From Macrostomum hystrix (Eukaryota > Animalia > Platyhelminthes): a DNA stretch of 64,000 nt. Both the position numbers and the translations under genes were made by a program. The notes beneath the pieces were generated by a model that ran no database searches, was not told the origin of the DNA, and worked only from the letters and a program-made list of their open reading frames with translations. Location: the NCBI GenBank assembly GCA_950097015.1, contig CATNEN010000010.1:558001-622000 (forward strand), written 5' to 3'. Position 1 is the first letter of the stretch; each line of letters opens with the position of its first letter. Below, piece after piece: positions 49,301-60,603 of the stretch.

Positions 49301-51077
49301 ACGATCACCACCTGGGCGGTTTCACCAACCTTCTCGCGCACACAGATGAACCGGTCAGACTCCATGGTGAGGGTGGAGAAGCCGATGCTGGCATTGTTGA
49401 TGCCAACATTTTGCAGCTGGGTGTGCAGGGCAGTGAGGAAATTGCGACAGGCATGCAGTATTTTTTTGTTTTCATAGTGATAAAATGCAACGAGACAATC
49501 TGAGTTTGAGTTTACCAACAGTCTGAGTTTACTTAATGTGATAGCTTTCTTTAAATCTCCACTTACATGTGCCATTAAAAGCTATGTGCCTATATTGATT
49601 TGTAGGCAGTGGTCTAAAATGTGTGACAAACCCCTCTAGTTTTACTAAGAAGTGCAACAAGCATTAACTAATAATTTTTCATAAAAAAAATTATAAATAA
49701 ATAAATATATGAAACAATTGGATGTGATTTTTAAAACATGACAAGTGTGACAAGTTTGTTAAAAAATGTGAAAAAAAAGCTAAAAATTAAATTTGTTTTT
49801 TAAGGCATAAAAACATATTTGAGAGCTTGTGGGCCATTACAAAGTGAAAATTCTAGAGCATTCTTCACTCAGAAGAGTTCCTATGGCAGCAGCTATACCC
49901 TAACAATGTGTTTGATACAATTCTTTTCTGGATTACACATTATTATCTACTGTCCATAGTCCGGATCATGTCATTTACGCCGGAGATCTCCGGCGTAAAT
50001 CTGGTTTGGGATCGGAGGCTGGCGTAAGTGCTTGGCGTAAGTATAGGCCAAAATGTGCCTTGGCGTAAGTGCTTGGCGTAAGTACATGGCATAAATCAAG
50101 TGGCGTAAATGTTAGCACAAATGAGATCATCCACGATCAAATGTATCACTATAGAACATAACAAATTTGCGTTAATTATGATGTTTGCGTTAATTAGGAG
50201 CAGCATTAAAACAAAGTTCATTAAAATATTGCAGTTCGTATAAATTAGATAGCAGAATATCTATTGTAGGATAGCAAAAGTTTTTTTAGCTTTAAGATGC
50301 TTACTTTGATACTTGATTCAGAATTTGCAACTTGTGAGATTTTTAAACAGTTGCAACTTCTGAATTTAATCACCGATTAACATGATTTGTGAAGGACCTT
50401 TTTTTGGGTGGCGTAAGTCAGAGGGACCTTTTTTGGTTGGCGTAAGTCTGGCGTAAGTGCCAAAAAATGTTGGATTTTTCCTCCGGCGTAAGTCCAGCAT
50501 GATCCGGACTATGGTCTACTGTGAATAAATTTAGTGCAATAACTGGCTAGAATGCCTAGCATAAGTGCTTTGTTTGTGCATGCTTGATGCTAGTTCATTT
50601 TCAATTTTTCAAATTTTTGCAAAATGAACTGCAACATTGCCACTATGTTATTCAATATGTACAGACCCACTAGTCATGTCAATACTGTAACTATAATAGT
50701 CTAGCTCAATACAAAATCTTGTTTGCTTACTCTCATTACCAAAGTGTATGTTAGGCCAAGTGCAAAATGTAAAGTAATATTGCAGAGAGCAAGGTTTACC
50801 CATAGAAAAACACTAAAGCTAACGTTGGTTGGTTGCTCAAGAATCAAGCAATTATTATTAAATCACATCACATTGTGATTAAGTACTACAAATTAGATTA
50901 CCTAACAGAAGCTTTGTATTCAAACAGTAGGTTTACATTAAATAACAATTTTAAATAATGATTGGCGCGCATTAATGTCAACAAGAACACGTGTGAAATT
51001 GTTTCGTTATGTATGGTAAATTTAACTGCTCTCACCTGAAAGTGTTCTTGAAATTTAATTGGAATGGACTGAGTCAT
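37343..51077 (-). CDS. CLTC: Clathrin heavy chain, complete, 14 exons, 1675 aa
   Basis: Exons 51077-51036, 49416-49028, 48955-48672, 48439-48149, 48064-47427, 46706-46311, 45771-45394, 44067-43766, 43570-43372, 42796-42299, 41405-41058, 39761-39255, 39162-38523, 37458-37343 sum to 5028 nt, all GT-AG. Hallmarks [53 protein letters not shown]. Confidence 0.98.
37808..38537. repeat. 29-bp minisatellite, ~25 copies, spanning the CLTC exon 13/intron 13 junction
   Basis: Sense unit ATTGTGATGCCAG|GTGAGTGTCTGATCCC = last 13 exon nt + first 16 intron nt. Confidence 0.95.
39855..40381. repeat. 25-bp minisatellite, ~21 copies, CLTC intron 11
   Basis: Unit TGGGTGTCTGTCTACCTGTTGATAT. Confidence 0.95.
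40621..41053. repeat. 29-bp minisatellite, ~15 copies, CLTC intron 11, abutting the donor
   Basis: Unit ATCTACCACATCTATCTACTGAGGCTGT(A/G). Confidence 0.95.
41560..42270. repeat. 26-bp minisatellite, CLTC intron 10, degenerate toward the left
   Basis: Unit GTTATCCCCAGCCCCTGAGAGCCTGA. Confidence 0.93.
42905..43245. repeat. 17-bp minisatellite (~13 copies) plus a short GATTGAGAAACCGGTGA repeat, CLTC intron 9
   Basis: Unit AGATAGGATAGACACAC (42905-43125); second motif ~43170-43245. Confidence 0.9.
45130..45375 (+). mobile_element. 5'-truncated copy of the tRNA-derived SINE, CLTC intron 7
   Basis: Matches the SINE body (CCAAGGCACAGTGAGAGTGTACACTGCCTGA...GGGTCTAGTGTCACCAAAT...CAGCCCTC) with an AT tail; tRNA head absent. 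Confidence 0.85.
45805..46256. repeat. 29-bp minisatellite, ~15 copies, CLTC intron 6
   Basis: Unit AGGATCTGGGAGCATGGAGCTCCAGTCTG. Confidence 0.95.
46850..47375. repeat. 21-bp minisatellite, ~25 copies, CLTC intron 5
   Basis: Unit TGTGATCCCATGTCAGTCAG(C/T). Confidence 0.95.
49954..50514. mobile_element. Non-autonomous TIR element with 8-bp TSD (hAT/P-type), CLTC intron 1
   Basis: Perfect 17-bp TIR CCATAGTCCGGATCATG (49954-49970 / 50498-50514); TSD TCTACTGT (49946-49953, 50515-50522); ~10 subterminal GGCGTAA motifs. Confidence 0.92.
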
Positions 51078-53094
51078 GATGGACTGTGATCTCTGTGACC
51101 ACAGCAATAAAAAATATTATTGGACTGCAAATTTAGTTTGAGTCCACGACCCTCCCGATGCTGTCCTTGTAATTCGGACGACCAATATATCAATCTCGTA
51201 CGTGCAGTGAAGAGAGTATAGGTGCACGGCTCATTCAGCGCGAATTGCGTTTGAATAAGTTCTCAATTTTACGTTATTGATAACGCAAATCCGGAAGAAC
51301 TTAATGGCCGCGTGCGTCGCGTGCACGCATTCCACCAATTAATTTTTGAGATGAGCTCAAAGGTAGTTAAACTACCGGTTAGTTTAAATAGTCCCTGCTC
51401 AAAGGTAAAAAGCTATCTAATAGCTTATTTACTGCTCGTTGATTGGTTCTCGCCCGGGCTTGCCTTCCCCCGCTGCGCTGTGATTGGCCAGTTGTGGCTT
51501 GGATAGGGTGGTGGGACGGATCACCGATGTGGGTGTGGTTTTGGGCACCTGCCTGGCTCCAGGCGAGCCGTGGCAAACAAAGTTTAAGCGGATTCTGGGA
51601 TCAGAACTTCGCGCGCTTTTTCTCTCTGCAAGCGCCCTAAGGAGCTCTTACTGCGATGACGAAGTAATTACTGCTTTGGCAAAGCAATTGACAAATACAT
51701 TGCCAGCGAGAAGCACACCCGCTGAAGCAGAGTTGCGCTCATATCTAATTAAGCCACTGCCTTGTCTTGCTTTATTCGGTATAGCCATATACATATCTGG
51801 TCGGACAGTAACAAGTCCTGACGCCGGCTGGGAGCTTGGCCATGGATCAGATGCTACATAGGGTACTCTGTACTCCCGCTGTACTCATACGACAGCATAT
51901 GTGTCCTGACGCCTACAATAACTGATGTTGACTAACATCACAGCATCCCTTCACCTGCATGGGATCAGAGTGTCATGACGCCCCCAGATTTGGGATCATT
52001 GCGGGCACTCGCGTCCTGACGACGTGTCCTATTTGTACACGAATACGTGAATCCAAAAGGATTCAAGTATCCTTGAATCTACTATTGAATCCACTAGGAA
52101 CTACTAGTGGTCCTGGCTTGACCGGTTTTTCAGGGCTAAAAGCACTATTTTACCGCTTTGTGTTGCTGTAGATCAAAATGCTCTGCAGAGTTTCATTGCG
52201 AGTTGTGCTATATGAGACAAATACTTTTTACTTTCCCCTGGTGGAAGCTGGAAGCGCAGCGAAGCTTACTGACAGCGAAGCCGACTGTCTGGTCCTCCTG
52301 GATTTAGTCGCGCTATACAGTGGTAAAATTAAACTTAAGTGTGAATTACATTCGATGGACTGAATGCGGTCCAGTCAGATTGGTTTTATCCAGACAAGCC
52401 TCGGGACACGTGTAGTTAATACCTAAAGTACACACGTATGACAGGTGATGTTCAGGACAGGTCAGGTAAAAAATTGAATTATGGAATGTGGTCGAATGAT
52501 AAAATTTATTCAAATAGAAATCAGTGTAAACTGCAGGCCTAATGAGTTAGCAGTGTTTTTTGCTTTCGAGTCCCCTGCATTCGCTTGCATTCCACTTCCT
52601 GTCCGCGCAGAGGCGGGCATGAAGTACGGCAGTTGCGGTCAGATCCGGTCATCAAAGGCGCGAAGGTCTGCCCTTAGGCCGAATAAATTAGCTTATCCCG
52701 TACATTCGAGTTGCACTTTTATAAAGGAGTTGGTGTCCTCGCAAATCGAAGCTCGAGGCAGAGGTGGATCAGCTTTCACACAGCAGTCTCCACGGGGACC
52801 CGGGCCCCTGCATGCCATTCGCAGAAAACTATTTAAAGCAATTAGAAATACTGGGGCTCACGCTGCCGTCACTTCATTGTGGGGAGGATAATAGATGAGC
52901 TGCCTTTTCACCTGTTTATGAACGTGTTAAGTGCATCAAAAGGAGAGTTCAAGGACTCACGTGCTCGTGATGGAGCAGATGACAAGCGAAGAGCAGATAC
53001 AGTAGACCGGAAATTACTCGAAATCCAGGCTGATAATCCAGGGTACCCAGGGTAAACCTTTTACATGTTGCCTTTCCTGCTAAGACTATAGTGT

Positions 53095-53458
53095 AATAAT
53101 AATAATAATAATTGCAGGAGGGCTGCGGGCAATGACACAGTTTGGTGACACTAGACCCGCAGCCAGCGAGGAGGCAATTCTGCCCATTTCGCTGACTCCT
53201 GAGCACACACGCACACAGATACCGTACGCAGGCATACGCTCACACAGGTGTGTACATCTGCCCTGACTTTCTCATCGTCAGGCAGTGTACACTCGAACTG
53301 TGCCTTGGAGGTTGGCCCTCAAGGGCGTAAATTGCACGACAAGCCCCAAAGCCTTCTCTCCGCGGCTGCGCCCCAAATAAATGTGGCCTCGCCGTGGAAT
53401 CGAACTTAGGGACTGTGGTGCGAGTGGCAAACGCGTTAACCGCTCTGCCACCGACCCC
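53095..53458 (-). mobile_element. tRNA-derived SINE, full-length copy with TSD
   Basis: A box TGGCAGAGCGG, B box GTTCGATTCC, (TTA)n tail; 15-bp TSD CTAAGACTATAGTGT (53080-53094, 53459-53473). Confidence 0.93.
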
Positions 53459-53501
53459 CTAAGACTATAGTGTGCATATGCTCATTAAAAGCAGTTGCTT
53501 G

Positions 53502-53862
53502 ATAATAATTAATATTTGCGCGAGGGCTGCGGGCAATGGCACATCATTCGGTGATTCTAGACCCGCAGCCAGCGAGGAGGCAATTCTGTCCATTTCGCTG
53601 ACTCCTGAGCACAAACGCACACAGATACCGTATGCAGGCACACGCTCACACAGGTGAGTACATCTGCCCTGACTTTCGCCTCATCAGGCAGTGTACACTT
53701 CACTGTGCCTTGGAGGTTGGCCCTCAAGGGCGTAAATTGCACGAAAAGCCCCCAAGCCTTCTCTCCGCGGCTGCGCCCCAATTTGATGTGGCCTCGCCGC
53801 GGAATCGAGCACAGGGACCTTGGTGCGCGAGGCAAACGCGTTAACCGCTCTACCTGACCCCC
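53502..53862 (-). mobile_element. tRNA-derived SINE, adjacent full-length copy
   Basis: Same family and orientation as 53095-53458, with scattered substitutions; no clean TSD seen. Confidence 0.9.
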
Positions 53863-56554
53863 TTGTGCAGCAGGTGCTTACTTGAATCCTAATTTTGATT
53901 TGTGATAGGCATTTTTGTACAGATACAATATTGACTTGGGTCAATATGAGTCAACGTCGATCGCGTAATATTATGTCGTATGAAATTTAAAACTGTTGAA
54001 TTCCTGAGAATCGAGATGGAGTCCCAATGTGTTTCTCGGCATGTCCGATCACGGATTGAATTCTACGAGGCTTTGCCTGCAAGTTTTTCACTTGAAGTTT
54101 TTAAACAGAGCTGAAAATGTAAATCTGATGCGTAGATCTGAAACTTTCCGAACCAACGTGAGCAACACATGCGATTGTCATAAACTCACTCGTCAATATA
54201 AGATAGGACAAAAGCAAATTGAGAAGTGCCTTTCGAAGCAAAGGTGCCATCCAGGTCCCAGCAGATAATTAGAGCGACACATTTGCACAGGGCTCACAGG
54301 AAAGTACAAGTGCTCGTAAGTTTAGCTTCGACTGCAATTAAACCAGGGAGGGCAAAATCAAGTCTGAGGAAAACATGAGGCTTACCGGGAAGCTGGACAG
54401 CGAGGACCTGTGGTCCCAGGACTCGGGATGCCGTGATCCAGGAGATTAACGAATGCGGATGAGCATGCTGTCATCCAGACAAGCAGGCTGCTCCAAGGAG
54501 GCTGTGGAATTTATTATTTCTCAATTCTCACGTTGGTTTGTTTGAGCTAGGATTAAAAGAGGGAATGCAGCAATTACACGCAGCTTGGATCTTCAGAAAT
54601 AGCTAGTCAGCCCTGATTTAAGGGGATTCAGGGCCCCTGAGCTGAAGCGAACCTGGATCGCTGTTAATGACGCTCAGAATTCTCATTAGTGACCACATCT
54701 TTTGTGACTGTCGTAAGAAGCTCGTGTTGCAGACACCTTGCTATTTCGGTCAAGTGAGAAGATTAGTTTAAGCATGCAGTAAGCAGCGATCACGTGACTG
54801 TCTAATGAGGCTCTGCGGCCCGGGTTTCCGCATTGTGCGGTGGCTGCCTTCACCATCTGCTGCTATTTTTAAGCTGCTTATAATTTTGGCCACTCGCCGT
54901 ATCGACAGGCGGTTTCTGTCCCCGTGACAAAGACTCGCAACAGAACAAGTGGCTGCGAGCTGTTGTTATTTTTCGTATCTAAAATTTTAGCTCGTCATAT
55001 TTTCTGAGCATTACCGGAGAAGCGAATAGCCAGCTGTTTGACTAATGTAGAGATTGCATGAGTAAAACTGTAGCCTTTTGTGCTATTGCCCTGCAGTTAA
55101 AATGCATGCTGGCGGGTTCTTCCGGCACCAAATTGGCACTAGAACTGTGAGAGCATAACTTTGAGCTAGCATAGGCTGCATCGTTCTAACTGCTGGCCGA
55201 GAACCTAAAACGTGCAGTTTCGCAATGAGGAGTAAAAAATGCAGCTCAAAACGCCGCAGCGAGAGAGACACAAAAATTGCTCGCTGCACTCAGCCATGTT
55301 GAGCAGTGTTTCATTTTTATGCGCTGGTCATTTTGTCTTAATTGTGACTAAGTAACACCTGAGCCAGCCGCTGCACAAATGCCAAAATGAGAACCAGTTA
55401 ACTCCGAGCCCGCAGGGTATAGAATGGCAGAAATCACTTTGACGTCAATTCATGCAAGACCATCTGCTAGACCAGAATCTGCAGCCTCCGCAGTTGAGCA
55501 CGCTGCCTTCATGGGCAGCCCCAGTGCAAGGGGATAATTTTAGCTGCGCAATGCTATTCCAGCAGTTTTATATAAATACATCTAAGATAAAATCTCAATC
55601 GGCAAGGAATTGGGCATGATGTAGTAGGTACCATGCTAGGTAGGCTCCAGCAGTCAATGCTGGCACGTGACCAACGAGTAACGTTATATACTGTACTGTC
55701 CTAATTCAGTGGATATAACTAATGATGTTGCACCTCCCCTACGGACGGAGCCTACAGTAGACAGGTGCTAAAGTAGCTCCCAACTGATTCCATAGCGGAG
55801 CGAGTAACCAGCTGAAAAACTCGACGAATTTCGCCAGATGTCTGCGCCAAGGCTGCACTCTTCACAGTGCAATTATTTTATTTGTACTTTTACACACGCG
55901 GGGGAGATAATCCCAGTGCAAGTGGTACGGGACAGACGGTCGCCAGATAGGCTTGCATTGCGGGAAATTCCAGGTGTGCGCGGCAAGTCGAGTAACGACG
56001 TCAACTGGGGCGCGCAGACAATCAGCTTGAACATAAAATGCTGTCAACAATGCGTGCACTTTTATAGGATTAGGTACAGATTAGAGATTTGCATCTGCTT
56101 CATTGCGCCATGGAAACCGCATCGACCAAATTAGCTTACTGTAGCACACAACTGGATTAACTGATTAATTCTGTCCGAAATGAGTTCCATGGCAACCCAC
56201 TAGATCCTCCTTGTCAGTTAATTACAGGGAGGTATCTAACAGCGCATCAAACATTATGAGAAGTAACTACAGTGGAAAGCTGTACACAGGCTGTTAGCAT
56301 CGGGGAAATCGCGAGTAACAAGAGCACAGTTCAATACAAAACAGACGACATTGGACAAGGAAAGCGTTTTCTGGACTCCTGCTATTATTTACAGTAATTA
56401 AACGCATTGTTATCGATTGAATATTGTTAAGAGATTCGAATTCGCGCCAAAAAGAATCAGTTCAAAACAAATGCACACTTCAGCTTCAACTCTAGCGCGA
56501 ATTTGAAATAGATAATTATAATTTGAAAAGCGTCACTTGATCGCGGCGCCGCAT

Positions 56555-56842
56555 TCACCGTCCGGCCTCTTCAGCAGCTGACTCGGCCCGATCGTCGGTC
56601 AGCAGCAGGTCAGCCACCCAGGCCCCGGCAGGCAGACCCAGCAGACGGTCCAGCTCAGGCGGTCGGCTGTAGACGGCGTTGCGTCGCTGGCGCAGCCGCG
56701 AACTGCTGGGCAGCGGCGAGTCTCCTATGCTTGGAGAGCGATCCGCCATGACGGGAGGGTCCGCCAGCTGCGGCTGCTCAGACGCAGCGGCGACTGGTAG
56801 GAATTGTGGCAGACTGGCCATGGCAACCCGGCGCTGTCGCAT
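56555..56842 (-). CDS. Possible small intronless protein (~95 aa)
   Basis: GC-rich ORF from ATG 56842 (MRQRRVAM...RQRRNAV...); TTTAAATAG TATA-like motif ~56950, CCAAT and TGACGT motifs further upstream. No family recognised. Confidence 0.35.
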   Translation of the reverse strand: MRQRRVAMASLPQFLPVAAASEQPQLADPPVMADRSPSIGDSPLPSSSRLRQRRNAVYSRPPELDRLLGLPAGAWVADLLLTDDRAESAAEEAGR

Positions 56843-58334
56843 ATTTCCTCGGTAGCTCAAGTCACTCGCCCTGTAGCTTTGAGTCTGGCACTTGGCCTGG
56901 CTAGTGCGGGTATTGAACAAGCTCGAACTGGCACTAAACCACGGACTGCTATTTAAACAAGCGCACACTCTGCGTCTCCTGATACAGCAGGGTGCTGGGC
57001 CAAAGTTAAATAGCCCATGAAAAGCTGGCCAGCCAAACGCGCCCTCTCACCCGGCCCTCTTAGAGCCAATGGCCCAAATTAAGCGCGAGACGCACACAAG
57101 GAGACGCGGGCAGAGCGAGAATGCCGCACGGCTACAGTACAGAGGGAGGGCAGCGCGCCCCGCCCCACCGCCGCGTGAGTCACGCACCATGCAGCCACAA
57201 AAACGTCAATGCAGAGGAGGGCCAGCACCGCGTTCCAAGCAGTGACGTATGTACACACACTCCACCCACCACTGCCGTTCCTTCACCTGCTGCGCCCCCG
57301 CATGTCAAACAACTTGTTTTAGAAAGAGAGGCCGCAACAGGCAAGTAGTGTTCTCGTGCTGCTTATCGCTCGAATAATTTAATCAAAGGTGCGAGGGGTG
57401 TGACCTCGCGATTCCTGCGCACACCTGCGACCCAAGCGGGTCATGCGGCAATCCTGCGGAGCAGAAGCGGCGAAAACAGAAAAACATATTTTTCCCAGTC
57501 TTGGAGAAACGGCAAAATCATAATTTTTAGTCAGCGCCCCAAAACGGACGTGCCAGTTACGGACCCGGATGTCCCACCGAATTTCTCTAGAAGGAAAAAT
57601 CAAACAGCCTCTCTCTTGGCCGAATTTTTAATTGCGTTTTCAGTCAAACTGGCACGAATTCGAATGATTTATTTTCATCGAAAACAATGAGGCTATCGAA
57701 TTATAGCTCGTACACCCCTGATACATACACTAATCTGCACAGAATAGTTTAACTACAGAATTAACAAATCCAACTAAAGATTAGAGCGATGGAAGCAATG
57801 TCCACTAAATATTTTTCGCGCAAAAAGCCGAAAACTGTGTAATCAAGAAAGGCTTCGCTCTACAGAGGCAGGGTTAGAGCGGCAGTTCTACCAGATTGAA
57901 GTTATTTTATGCGCAAATTCTTTTAGTAAAGGTAGAAAAAGGGGTAAAACATAATCAGCGCCAAAAAACCTAATACACTACTGACAAAGAGTAGCAAATC
58001 ATGTTCAATTCATTTGTTTATCAAACAAAAACTTCGAATAAACATATATCGGATAAAGGTAAAAAAGATGGTATTTTAAAAGCAAGCATTTAAAATTAAG
58101 CATTATAACAAAACAATAAAATGGGGAGAAAAAAAGCGATTTTACATGCGGCAAACAAATTTAAGGCCGGTTGGATAATTAAGTAGTAAAAATAGATGAC
58201 TCAAAGTAGCAGGCTGGATTGCACAATATCACAGCACAGGAACATATGACAGCAGGTAACAAATCTAACAGCATGTGTAACATTAAAACTGATTTACACA
58301 ATCTTCATCTTCTGCAGTGAAGTTCGCCACGCAG

Positions 58335-60603
58335 TCAGACGCGAATCCTGAACGAGCTGACAAAGTCTGGCGCCTTGGAGATGACGTGCTCGAACTCGGC
58401 GAATGACAGCTTGCGGTCCTCGTCCCGGTCCGACTCGGCCAGGATCTGCGAGCAGCGACGGGGTTGGGATAAGCGGAGATTCAGTCGGATTACAGGATCC
58501 CAATGCTGCTAGTTCCCGGTGCCGTATATGGGATATTGAATAGCGGTCTGGGATAATAGCAGCTCAACCTGAGGATCTGGGATGGGTTGGCAGCTCAACC
58601 TGAGGATCTGGGATGGGTTGGCAGCTCAACCTGAGGATCTGGGATGGGCTGGCAGCTCAACCTGAGGATCTGGGATGGGTTGGCAGCTCAACCTGAGGAT
58701 CTGGGATGGGCTGGCAGCTCAACATGAGGATCTGGGATGGGTTGGCAGCTCAACCTGAGGATCTGGGATGGGCTGGCAGCTCAACCTGAGGATCTGGGAT
58801 GGGTTGGCAGCTCAACCTGAGGATCTGGGATGGGCTGGCAGCTCAACCTGAGGATCTGGGATGGGCTGGCAGCTCAACATGAGGATCTGGGATGGGCTGG
58901 CAGCTCAACCTGAGGATCTGGGATGGGCTGGCAGCTCAACCTGAGGATCTGGGATGGGCTGGCAGCTCAACCTGAGGATCTGGGATGGGCTGGCAGCTCA
59001 ACCTGAGGATCTGGGATGGGCTGGCAGCTCAACCTGAGGATCTGGGATGGGCTGGCAGCTCAACCTGAGGATCTGGGATGGGCTGGCAGCTCAACCTGAG
59101 GATCTGGGATGGGTTGGCAGCTCAACCTGAGGATCTGGGATGGGCTGGCAGCTCAACCTGAGGATCTGGGATGGGCTGGCAGCTCAACATGAGGATCTGG
59201 GATGGGCTGGCAGCTCAACATGAGGATCTGGGATGGGCTGGCAGCTCAACATGAGGATCTGGGATGGGCTGGCAGCTCAACATGAGGATCTGGGATGGGC
59301 TGGCAGCTCAACATGAGGATCTGGGATGGGTTGGCAGCTCAACCTGAGGATCTGGGATGGGCTGGCAGCTCAACATGAGGATCTGGGATGGGCTGGCAGT
59401 TTCTGCTTTCAGTATCAGTTTAGAGAAAGGTGGATATACGTAGCCTTTTCTATTGCCAAGTAACCATTTAATAGCAAACCCAGCTAAATGCTAAAAGTTG
59501 GACTCGCCACTCTTAAGTCTCAGTAGATAAGAGATTTCAATTTCGCGATTGAAATTATGGGCCACACAAGTTGGTTATATGCTATCTGCACAATTCTGCG
59601 CCCGCACGGCTTACAAAAACTATTCAATAAGCAAAAGAAAAACAATTAATAAATCTCAGTCTCATTTGCTTAAATTAACTCTACAATTATACTGATTGAC
59701 ACGAGCACTCACATTGTTCACCAGCTTATCAATATCTTCGTCAGTCAGTTGCTGCTGCTGCTGCGGCCCGCCCTCTTCGTTGGCCGTCAGCGCCCGGATG
59801 ATGCAGCGCAGGTCGGCCTCGCCGATGTGCAAATCACCGTCGTAATCGTAGATTAGGAAGGCGTACTTCACCTTCGTGGCCTTGTCGGCCGCCTCGCTGA
59901 ATACTGACATCATGTCCAGGAAGTCCTCAAAGGACATTCGGTTGGGCTCGCTGCTGAACACACGCACAATGCGATCTTTAAATGGGTTCATCTGCGGTGA
60001 TGGGTGTGAGCAGGTGGAAGGCTGTCTTTGAGCAGGTGGAAGGCTGTCTGTGAGCAGGTGGAAGGCTGTCTGTGAGCAGGTGGAAGGCTGTCTGTGAGCA
60101 GGTGGAAGGCTGTCTGTGAGCAGGTGGAAGGCTGTCTGTGAGCAGGTGGAAGGCTGTCTGTGAGCAGGTGGAAGGCTGTCTGTGAGCAGGTGGAAGGCTG
60201 TCTGTGAGCAGGTGGAAGGCTGTCTGTGAGCAGGTGGAAGGCTGTCTGTGAGCAGGTGGAAGGCTGTCTGTGAGCAGGTGGAAGGCTGTCTGTTATTTGC
60301 AGTTGAAATGTTGCTGGGAACTCACCCTCAGCTCTGGGATGGCTAGAATTTTTTCCCAATCCACTCTGGGATTTTTGGCATCCTCTTTCAGTGCATTTGG
60401 GTCGATCTTGACAAATCGGTTGTACACCCTGGTGTGAGAGCAGGTGAGAAGCTGGATATAGATACCAATTTAAGCAGAACAAAAATAGCCACAGGTATAA
60501 TATTGTTCAAAACGTACTCAATGATTTCCCGCCTTGTCAAATAAGTGAGCTCCTGATACTCAGCCAGCTCCTCTTTGGAGAATGCACCCTGCAAGTTGCC
60601 CAT
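58335..60603 (-). CDS. CIB1: Calcium- and integrin-binding (CIB) family EF-hand protein, 192 aa
   Basis: Exons 60603-60518, 60428-60326, 59991-59713, 58445-58335 in frame. [45 protein letters not shown]-hands DYDGDLHI and [22 protein letters not shown]. Paralogue assignment within CIB is uncertain. Confidence 0.9.
58556..59400. repeat. 31-bp minisatellite, ~27 copies, CIB intron 3
   Basis: Unit CTGAGGATCTGGGATGGG(C/T)TGGCAGCTCAAC. Confidence 0.95.
60008..60292. repeat. 22-bp minisatellite, ~13 copies, CIB intron 2
   Basis: Unit GTGAGCAGGTGGAAGGCTGTCT. Confidence 0.95.
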
